NCBI RefSeq assembly: GCF_964213995.1
Contig: NC_135811.1
Span: 48,422,001 to 48,486,000 of the forward strand
Source: Mustelus asterias
Lineage: Eukaryota
Direction: 5' to 3'
Length of the DNA: 64,000 bases
The stretch's first letter is position 1. Each line of letters begins with the position of its first letter. The translations under genes were made by a program, and so were the position numbers. The notes beneath the pieces were generated by a model. The model had not been told where the DNA came from and did no database searches. It saw only the letters and a program-made list of their open reading frames with translations. This document shows, piece by piece, positions 24,136 through 33,732 of the stretch.

Positions 24136-27100
24136 CTATAAGTTCAAACGGTCTGGGGGACCGCACCGTCGCTGTGACCTCCTCAACACCGGCGATGACA
24201 CCGGTTCAGGCAATCGCGGTGACGTTCTCTCCAAGGCGGTGTCCAGCGACTCCTCCAGTTCCTCACGGGCCGGTAGACCCCGAGGTGGTGACAATCCGCT
24301 GAACTCGGGCACGCCTTGAAGTGGCGACCATCTCCTGGACTCAGGCAAGCTGTACACGGGAGTAAGAGGGTTAAGTGGTGGTCCCGATACTGCCCGCGCC
24401 GTGTCAGGAGGGGAAATAATGGTTGGGGGGTCCCTAACAGGAGGTGTGGGAGCGACAGTCGTTTCCAAGCCCCCTGCTGGCGCCAGATCTCGAATCGAGA
24501 CTGTGTCCTCTCGCCCGTCAGGATATGCCACGTAGGCATACTGAGGGCTGGCGTGGAGGAGATGGACCTGTTCAACCAAAGGGTTGGACTTGCGGGTCCT
24601 AACATGTCGCCGCAGGAGGACAGGTCCTGAGTACGTCAACCAAGACGGTAATGAGGTCCCCGAGGAAGACTTCCGAGGGAATGAAAACATTCTCTCATGA
24701 GGAGTAGCGTTGGTTGCCGTACACAGGAGTGAGCGTATGGAGTGGAGCGCATCAGGGAGTACCTCTTGCCAACGGGAGACTGGAAGACCTTTAGACCTCA
24801 ACGCCAGTAAGACAGCCTTCCAGACTGTAGCATTCTCACGTTCGACCTGTCCATTACCCCTTGGGTTGTAGCTCGTGGTTCTACTAGAGGCAATCCCATA
24901 TGAGAGCAGGTATTGCCTCAAGTCATCGCTCATGAACAACGAGCCCCTATCGCTGTGGATATAACAGGGGTAACCGAACAGAGTGAAAAGATCACGAAAT
25001 GCCTTGGTAACCGTGGCAGCGGTCATATCAGAACAGGGAATGACAAAGGGGAATCGTGAGTACTCATCAACCACATTGAGGAAGTACACATTCCGATCTG
25101 TCGAGGGAAGGGGGCCCTTAAAGTCCACACTCAATCTTTCGAATGGACGAGTGGCCTTAACGAGTTGTGCCCTGTCAGGTCGGTAGAAGTGCGGTTTGCA
25201 TTCCGCGCATACCCGGCAGCTTCTGGTTATGGACCTGACATCCTCCACCGAGTAGGGTAGATTCCGGGCTTTTATGAAGTGGAAGAGCCGAGTGACCCCT
25301 GGATGGCAGAGGTCATTGTGGAGAGCCTGCAATCGATTCTCCTGCATACTAACGCATGTTCCACGCGACAGGGCATCCGAGGGCTCGTTGAGCTTCCCTG
25401 GACGATACATGATATCATAATTGTAGGTGGAGAGTTCGATTCTCCACCTCAAGATCTTATCATTCTTGATCTTACCCCATAACGTGTTGTTGAACATGAA
25501 CGTCACGGACCGCTGGTCCGTGAGCAGAGTGAACCGTTTTCCTGCCAAGTAATGGCGCCAATGCCGAACGGCCTCCACAATGGCCTAGGCCTCCTTTTCC
25601 ACCGCCGAATGTCGAATTTCAGGGCCTTGGAGGGTGCGAGAGAAAAAGGCGACGGGCCTGCCCACCTGGTTAAGTGTGGCAGCCAGGGCGAAATCAGATG
25701 CATCACTCTCCACCTGGAAGGGGATGGACTCATCGATAGCATGCATCGTGGCTTTCGCGATGTCGGCTTTTATTCTTGCAAAGGCTAAGCGAGCCTCTGG
25801 TGCGAGGGGAAAAGAGGGAGACTTGATGATCGGACGGGCTTTGTCCGCGTAATTGGGAACCCACTGTGCGTAGTATGAGAAGAAGCCTAAGCATCTTCTC
25901 AGTGCTTTGACGCTAGTGGGCAGGGGATGTTCGAGGAGAGGACGCATACGGTCTGGATCAGGGCCAAGGACCCCGTTTTCCACCACGTATCCGAGGATAG
26001 CTAGGCGGCGCGTGCGAAAAACACACTTCTCCCTGTTGTAGGTCAGATTCAGGCGAGATGCAGTGCGTAAGAATCTAAGAAGGTTGGCATCGTGGTCCTG
26101 CTGGTCATGGCCGCAGATGGTGACGTTATCCAGGTACGGGAAGGTAGCCTGCAGTCCGTTCTGGTCCACCATTCGGTCCATAGCACGCTGGAGACCGAGA
26201 CCCCATTCGTGACACCAAAAGGAACCCTTAAAAAATGGTACAGGCGACCATCCGCCTCAAAGGCCGTGTATTGTCGGTCCTCTGGGCGAATGGGGAGCTG
26301 GTGGTAAGCAGATTTTAAGTCGATGGTGGAGAACACCCGGTACTGCGCAATCTGGTTGACCATGTCAGATATGCGCGGGAGGGGATACGCATCCAGCTGC
26401 GTGTATCTGTTAATGGTCTGACTATAGTCTATGACCATCCGGGGTTTGTTCCCATTCTTAACCACCACGACTTGCGCTCTCCAAGGACTAGCGCTAGGTT
26501 GGATGATCCCTTCCTTGAGGAGCCGCTGAACTTCAGATCGAATGAAGATCCGATCCTCAGCGCTGTAACACCTGCTCTTTGTTGCGATGGGCTTGCAGCC
26601 TGGCACGAGATTCTGGAACAGGGAGGGTGTGGTAATCCTAAGCGTTGAGAGACTACATGTGGAGCGTGTTGGGCAATTTAGAGGCTGCGGGTCTCCCACT
26701 GAAAGCGGAGGGAGTGGCCCACCGTACTGCAGGGTTACACTCTTCAAGTGGACCATAAAATCTAGTCCTAGGAATATTGGCGCGCAAAGGTGTGGTAACA
26801 CAAGGAGCTTGAAGTTCTTGTAAACCGTGCCCTGCACCGTCAGATTGACCACGCAACTCCCTAGCACGGTGACAGACCGGGACCTTGACGCCATCGAAAT
26901 TGTCTGCTTGACAGTTCGAATCTGGAGACCACACCGCTTCACGGTGTCTGGGTAAATGAAGCTTTCCGTGCTCCCGCTGTCAAACAAACAATAAATCGGG
27001 CGTTTGTTTACCTGTATGTCCATCATGGACTTGTCGAGTCTGTGAGGCTTGGCCTGGTCCAGGATGATCGACGCCACCGTTGGTTCGTGGGCGCAACTGC

Positions 27101-28130
27101 AGGCAGCTGAGATGGTTGATGACGACCCCTGCTGGTCATTCGCGGTCGGTGCCGACCAAAATGGCTGCCCCCATAGGTCGCACGTGGACGATGGCGCCAG
27201 AACCTGCGGCCCCTGCAGGTCGCACGTGTCTTGCGACTCCGTCGTTCGGAATGGCGACGTCCTGGAGTCGCACGTGGTAGAAGACCTTGAAGATGCAGAA
27301 GACAAGGAGGCCGGCTCCGGGGAGTCACACGCCGCACTGCTGTTCTTGGATGGAAGTTTGGACCGACAGACCTTGGAATAGTGCCCCTTCTTGCCGCAGG
27401 CGGAGCACAACACTGCTTTTGCTGGACATCGCTGCCGAGGGTGTTTCACCCCCCCACAGAAGTAACACCGCGGGCCACCTGGAGCTGCTGCCGTCATCAG
27501 GTCCGAGGCTGGGAACGCAATCGCGCAGTTTTTCGGTCCCGCTGAATGAAGTGGGGTCTGTGACTGCCCCTGCCACGCTGTCTCCACGTGGTCGTCGGGG
27601 TACATCGCCAGACTTTTGGAGGCCGTTTCTAGAGCGTCAGCTAACTCTATGGATTTAGTGAGATCGAGGTTACCTTGCTCCAACAGCCGAAGGCGGATGT
27701 ACGACGAGCCGATTCCCGCCACGAACGCATCTCGAGCTAGGTCGTTCATGTACTGGTCTGCCGACACTGACTTGCAGTTGCAGGCTCTGGCTAGCTACTG
27801 AAGCTCACACGCGTACTGTTCCGTCGTTTCGCCGGGCTGCCGCCGTCGAGTGGCTAGAAGGTATCGAGCATGGATCTCATTCGGCGGTTTGTTGTATCGC
27901 TTCTTGAGAAACTCGAGGGCCCCTTTGTAGTCGGTGGCCCCACGGATCGCTAGGTATACAGCGTCGCTTACCCTCGTGTGGAGAACCCGGAGTCTGTCGG
28001 CGTCGTCGGTGACCGCTGTGGAGGCGTCGAGGTAATCCTGGAAACACTTCAACCAGTGGTTGAAAGTGTTCGATGCTCCCGCCGCACGTGGGTCCAACGT
28101 AAGCCGTTCGGGTTTAAGCATTTGCTCCAT
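24136..28130 (-). pseudogene. Single gag-pol ORF of Gypsy A with three lesions (TAG 27795, frameshift ~26190, TAG 25585)
   Basis: Double CCHC knuckle, PR LFDSGS, RT PFG/YLDN, RH DASD, IN HHCC and D-D-E. Confidence 0.93.
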
Positions 28131-28175
28131 GTTTTCTTTGTCGTTTTTTTTTCAAAACAAAAAAAAAGAATTTAC

Positions 28176-28190
28176 TTGTTGGCAATAAAA
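28176..28190 (-). promoter_or_regulatory. Non-tRNA PBS-position sequence of A, complementary to its own LTR (28243-28257)
   Basis: Sense TTTTATTGCCAACAA, 1 nt from the LTR end; no TGG. Confidence 0.75.
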
Positions 28191-28191
28191 T

Positions 28192-28489
28192 TGATGCCCC
28201 ATATAACACACGAGAGGCGTGATGTACTCGGGAAATAAAGGCTTTTATTGCCAACAATAACAGAGCTACCATATACAGTATTCGATCCCAGACTAAAGGG
28301 TCACCAGGCAGAGCAGTGACCTTTATACCTCTCCCAGGAGGCGGAGCCAACTGGGGTGTACCATAACAACTATATTAACAGGTAGAACAGCCCAACCCTA
28401 ACCCCAACAGTAACATATCTACAGACTCATAGTACTGGCCAGATCATGGGTCAGCACTACCTGGTGGGAACCAACAATGGTTCACCACA
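28192..28489 (-). repeat. 5' LTR of Gypsy A (TATAAA at 28322-28327, AATAAA at 28244-28249, minus strand)
   Basis: Direct repeat with promoter and poly(A) motifs. Confidence 0.95.
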
Positions 28490-28679
28490 CTCCCCCTCTG
28501 GCCACACTGTAGTTCGAAGGCGTCCTTTTTGGTGCTTTCAGTGGCTTGAGCTCATTCTATTGCTCTGTCCAGGGATAGCTTTGTTTCTGCTAACAGCTTC
28601 CTTTGGATATTCAGGTTGTTAATGTCGCAAACCAATTAATTTCCCCGTGGCGTAACAGGAACCGGAAACGTTCAGCACT

Positions 28680-29410
28680 ATACCCCCTCATTAAACCCCC
28701 TTCACCTCACTCCCACACCCCTTCAATAAAACCTCCACCTCACCCCCACACCCCCTCAATAAACCCTCTTCGCCTCACCCCCACACCCCCCTCAATAAAC
28801 CCCCTTTGCTTCACCCCACACCCTCTCAATAAACCTCCTTCGCTTCACCCCCACACCCCCTGAATAAACCCCCTTTGTCTCACCCCCAAACCCCCTCAAT
28901 AAACCCCCTTTGCTTCACCCCCTCAATAAACCCCCTTCACCTCACCCCTAAACCCCCTCAATAAACCCCCTTTGCCTCATCCCCACACCCTCTCAATAAA
29001 CCTCCTTCGCTTCACCCCCACACCCCCTGAATAAACCCCCTTTGTCTCACCCCCAAACCCCCTCAATAAACCCCTTTGCCTCACCCCCACACCTCCTCAA
29101 TAAACCCTCCTCCTTACCCCTAAATCCCCTCAATAAACCCCCTCCTCCCCCACATCTCCTCAATCAACCCCCTCCACCTCATCCCCAAATCCCCTCAATA
29201 AACCTCCTCTGCCTCAACACCAAACCCCTTCAATAAACCCTCCATCTTTTCCCTAAACCCCCTCAATAAACCCTCACCTCATCCCTAAACTCCCTCAATA
29301 AACCCACTTGCCTCATCCCTAAAGCCCCTCAATAAAAGCCCTCATCACTAAATCCCCACCTGCACTCTTAAACCCCTCACAATAACTAACCCGCTCAATA
29401 AAACCCCAAA
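28680..29410. repeat. C-rich minisatellite, ~33-35-bp unit, about 20 copies
   Basis: Unit ~ccccctcaataaaccccctttgcctcaccccaca. Confidence 0.9.
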
Positions 29411-29842
29411 CAGCAACAAACCACCTTGCTGAAACCCCCAGCATATAGTGGTCCGCCATTTCCCCCTGCATTAGCCAGCTGAATCCCTCTGAGCACAGCC
29501 AGGGCTCCACGCTGCATCGTTCGAGTGAATCTTCATTAAAGGTGCAATAATTTTACACCGTGCAGCAGTGGAAAACTTCTTCAGTTCTGGAATAACATCA
29601 CCCACAGGATTTGAGGGATCCATTTCTTGTTGGTCAGTCTTTTGCTTCCAAAAAGGGTGGCGTAACTCACCTTTTCTGTAAGTGCCAACTGATTTTTAAA
29701 TAAATTGTCAAAACAGCATTATCAAGCAAAGTGAAATTGAATGTGCAATAAATCAGTTGATTGTTTAGCGAAGATGGAGATGGAAAATGATTTGGATGTA
29801 ATTATTGCCTGTTGACTCAGAGCCGACTGTTCATAAAATCAT

Positions 29843-30006
29843 GATGTGGAGATGCCGGCGTTGGACTGGGGTAGACACAGTAAGAAGTCTCACAACACCA
29901 GGTTAAAGTCCAACAGATTTATTTGGAATCACGAGCTTTCAGAGCACTGCTCCTTCATCAGATGAGTGGACGGTGATTTTATTCATCAGGTCCACTCACC
30001 TGATGA
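29843..30006 (-). mobile_element. Short PLE insertion (pLTR 3' end with hammerhead at 29929-29965)
   Basis: Same terminus ...ccggcatctccacatc as 48076; TSD ATAAAATCAT (29833-29842 / 30007-30016). Confidence 0.85.
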
Positions 30007-30209
30007 ATAAAATCATAGAATAGTACAGTACAAAAGGAGGCTATTCAGCCCATTGTTGCTGTGCCAGTTCTTTGAAAGAGCTGCCATTTAGTACCCACTT
30101 CCTTGCTTTTTTCCCCATAGTACTGAAAGATTTTTCTTTTTTATTTACAGATCACTTCCGTTTTGAAAGTGAGTACTGAATCTGTTTTCAGACAGTGCAG
30201 CCATTGCAT

Positions 30210-30500
30210 TTCAGAGGAAGAATGCCTCGTGGAGAGGGGAAAAGTTTAAAAGAAATGTAAGGGGCAAGTTTTTCACACAGAGGGTGGTGAATGCCTGGAA
30301 CACACTGCCAGAGGAGGTGGTGGAAGCAGATTCTATAATAACGTTCAAGAGGCATCTGGATAGATACATAAATAGGCAGGGAATAGAGGAATATGGACCA
30401 CATAGAGGCAAGAAAATATTAGATTAGTGAGGCATCTGTGTTGGCACAGATTTGGAGGGCCGAAGGGCCTGTTCCTGTGCTGTATTGTTCTTTTTTCTCT
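30210..30500 (+). mobile_element. CR1 3' fragment
   Basis: FFTQRVVNAWNTLP and CR1 tail. Confidence 0.8.
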
Positions 30501-30861
30501 GTTCAGAGATGTCAGTATTTTGGAACGTCGTCGTGCTTTAATGGTGATGTTGTTCCCTTGACAGCAGTTACGTGAGACTGTTTGTTGTTATGATGCATTA
30601 TTATTGGGCTCTGTTGTGTCATTTCCTGAGGTTAGCAAACCTGCTTCATATTGGCATAAATACCACCCACTGTATAATGGCTTTCCTGGTGATCTCTGCA
30701 ATCCACCAATCTTGCTTGCTTTCACCCTGATGCCATGGGGGAAGGGGGTAGAAATGTAACAGAAATGGGTCCTGCTTCAAATTCCTCTCTCCTCCACCCT
30801 CCCTGATTTAATGCAAGGACTCCCTGAGCTGTTTTCATTTTAGAGTGTTCCATTAGATTTT

Positions 30862-31197
30862 TAAAAATTAATTTGTGGGACATGGGTATCGCTGGCGGGC
30901 CAGCATTTATTGCCCCATCCCTACTTGCCCAAGAGCAGTGAGGGTCACATTGCTGTGGCTCTGGAGTCACTTGTAGGCCAGACCAGGTGAGGACGGCAGA
31001 TTTCCTTGCCTAAAGGATGTTAGTTAACCAGATGGGTTTTTCCGACAATTGACAATGGTCATCAGTAAATCCAGATTTTTTTATTGAATTCAAATTTCAC
31101 CATCTGCCGTGGCGGGATTCGAACCCAGGTCCCCAGAACATTTGCTGGATTTCTGGTTAATAGTCTAGTGATAATACCACTAGGCCATCGCCTTCCC
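30862..31197 (-). mobile_element. SINE family C
   Basis: Aligns with 1385-1695. Confidence 0.8.
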
Positions 31198-31375
31198 AGA
31201 GTGTGGGGGCTGACCATCCGATGTATCTGCCCCTTTTGCCTTGCCCAAAGAGCTTCAGAGCTTTCATCTGGCCCCATTGTTCTGGGACTCCGCTTGGCAG
31301 AGATATAAGCATAGTGATCTCACTGGTGACGGATCTTCCTCCCTGCACCTAATCTGCTCAGATCAGTCTGAGACA

Positions 31376-31472
31376 CTCTGACGAAGGGTCATCACACTCG
31401 AAATTCTTGGTTCCATTCTCTCTCCACAGAAGCTGTCAGACCTGCTGAGATTTTCCAGCATTTTCTGTTTTT
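31376..31472 (+). mobile_element. PLE-derived family 2 with hammerhead core
   Basis: CTGACGA-A-GGGT(catcac)ACTC-GAAA. Confidence 0.7.
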
Positions 31473-31667
31473 GCTTGATCAGTCGATGTGCGTGAGGCCT
31501 GCGTGTAAACCCGCGCCAGCAGGAAAGGCGCAATTTCAGTCCAGAGGCAACAAGGTGAACTCAGATGGAATATCTTTGAAGTTAGCAGCCATTATTTCTC
31601 CTGCAAATCCCAGCACTAGGCGAAATGAGGATGGAAAGTGGCTTGAACTGAGAAGCACAGGAGAATT

Positions 31668-31988
31668 AGAATCCTAGAACCTACAGTGCAGAAAGAGGCC
31701 ATTTGGCCCATCGAGCCTGCACTGACAACAATCCCCAGGTCCTATCCCCGTAACCCCACGTATTTACCCTAGCTAATCTCCCTGAGACTAAGCGGCAATT
31801 TAGCATGGCCAATCAACCCAACCTGCACATCTTTGGATTGTGGGAGGAAACCGGAGCACCTAGAGGAAACCCACGCAGACACGGGGAGAACGTGCAAACT
31901 CCACACAGGCAGAGACCCGAGACCAGAATTGAAGCCAGATCCCTGGTGCTGTGAGGCAGCAGTGCTACCCACTGTGCTGCCGTGCCGC
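31668..31988 (-). mobile_element. HE1 V-SINE
   Basis: Full-length copy. Confidence 0.9.
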
Positions 31989-32687
31989 CTGTTGATGTCA
32001 GATCAAGAAGAAAGGCCTTCCAGGTACACTGTCCAACATGCACCCAGGTTTGAGGAGGGGGTGATGAACCAGGGCCCCTGAACTTTGGTGCTCTTTGAAA
32101 TAGTCCAAGCTTACAAGGTAACCTCTTGTATATTTATTTGATAATATTTTAAAGAGGGAGTCAAACCATTAATGGCAACTTAAAAACTAATTTACATAAC
32201 ATTATGATTAACAGCGGTAACCTTCGCTTTTTGAATTTTAATTTAATTGAAGTGATGCTTTGTGAAATTGGCTGCAATCCTGAGACTGTGTTTCGGAGAT
32301 ATTATTATTTTAAACAGTTTCCCCGTACTAAATTAACATCAGTAAGTGCAGTCATAAAACAAGGTTTGTGATCTTCTAATCCCTTTGTGCATGTTTATAC
32401 GGCTTAGTTCAAACAATTTGCAAAATCTACAGGAGCTAGTTAAATAAAATAAATATTGAGAAGACCACAGACTGGGAATAATCAAACATAACATTTTATG
32501 ACCGCAATTAATTTTGTTTCCGTCTAATTTCTTTCAACTTTAACAGAATCAAGGTATAAAAATAGAAGAATTGCTTGCACTTAAGGTACAATAGGAGGCC
32601 AAATGGATAGAGGAATGGCCACTGCATACGCCATGCTGTAACACTCCCCAAAAGCCCTCCTCGGAGATTCTGCATAGGCTCCTAGGT

Positions 32688-33011
32688 GGGGTGGCACGGT
32701 GGCACAGTGGTTAGCACTGCTGCCTCACAGCTTCAGAGATCTGGGTTCGATTCCCGGCTTGGGTCACTGTCTGTGTGGAGTTTGCACATTCTCCCCATGT
32801 CTGCATGGGTTTCCTCCAGGTGTTCTGGTTTCCTCCCACAGTCCAAAGATGTGCGCGGGTTAGATGGATTGGCCATGCTAAATTGCCCCTTAGTGTCAGG
32901 GGATTAGCAGGCTCAATACGTTACGGGGTCAGAGCCTGGGTGGGATTGTTGTCAGTGCAGGCTTGATGGGCCGAATGGCCTCATTCTGCACTGGGATTCT
33001 ATGATTCTATG
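32688..33011 (+). mobile_element. HE1 V-SINE
   Basis: Full-length copy. Confidence 0.9.
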
Positions 33012-33360
33012 AAATATTATGGAATAGAATATGGAAACTGTGTGCACAGAGGCAGGCACATGCCTGGTCAGCTTTGTCGGCGGGACTTTGAATTTGTAGC
33101 TATGGGACTTCTGCCATGACAGAAAGCATCTCGATCGTGGCAAAAATCCCAGCTATCGTTGAGAAAAGATTTAAATCTGTTTTGTTTCACGGACAGGAGA
33201 GAGATGCTCGAATGGTTTCCCCTTTTCCCACCTCTCGACTGTCCACAGCAAGATGTGTCTGAAATGTTTCAACCCCCTTGAGTGTTGCGGTTCTAGAACA
33301 GACACAAGATAGATTTTCTTGTAAGTTTAAACAAAGGAAGAATTAATGTTTATTTCTCAA

Positions 33361-33666
33361 CGGTGGCGCAGTGGTTAGCACTGCTGCCTCACAACACCAG
33401 GGATCCGGGTTCGATTCCGGCCTGTCTGTGTGGAGTTTGCACATTCTCCCCGTGTCTGCGTGGGTTTCCTCCGGGTGCTCTGGTTTCCTCCCACAATCCA
33501 AAGATGTGCGGGTTAGGTTGATTGACCATGATAAATTGCCCCTTAGTGTCAGGGGGACTAGAAGGGTAAATATGTGGGGTTACGGGGTTAGGATCTGGGT
33601 GGGATTGTTGTCAGCGCAGGCTCGATGGACCAAATGGCCTCTTTCTGCACTGTAGATTCTATGATT
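33361..33666 (+). mobile_element. HE1 V-SINE
   Basis: Near full-length copy. Confidence 0.88.
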
Positions 33667-33732
33667 CAGTAAGAAGTCTTGTGAGATTCAGTAAAATGTC
33701 TTACCCCAGTCCAACGCCGGCGCCTCCACATC
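33667..33732 (+). mobile_element. Minimal (66-bp) PLE insertion in a SINE tail
   Basis: Inverted cagtaagaagtct plus tail ttaccccagtccaacgccggcgcctccacatc, flanked by gatt(c/g)tatgatt. Confidence 0.7.

Larger units (their letters stand above)
23775..28489 (-). mobile_element. Full-length Gypsy LTR retrotransposon A (4715 bp)
   Basis: Two 298-bp TG...CA LTRs (about 5 substitutions by eye); 5-bp TSD CTCCC (23770-23774 / 28490-28494); PPT next to 24073; gag-PR-RT-RH-IN order. Confidence 0.97.
18179..28636 (-). mobile_element. Old, fragmented Mag-like Gypsy element hosting several nested insertions
   Basis: Collinear minus-strand remnants: gag LVCDINNLNIQRKLLAE (28500-28636), CCHC region (~23530-23625), PR MEVDTG (23010-23306), RT WATPIVPV/RICGDYK (21883-22528), RNase H CDASPYGIGA (~21590-21645), IN (18760-19800). 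5' LTR not found. Confidence 0.85.

Noticed and set aside
27795-27797. TAG in gag of A as programmed readthrough
   Set aside because: B has CAG at this codon and it lies mid-gag; an ordinary nonsense mutation.
28680-29410. Regularly spaced repeats as a CRISPR-like array
   Set aside because: Intervening sequences are variants of one unit, there are no cas genes, and the context is eukaryotic.
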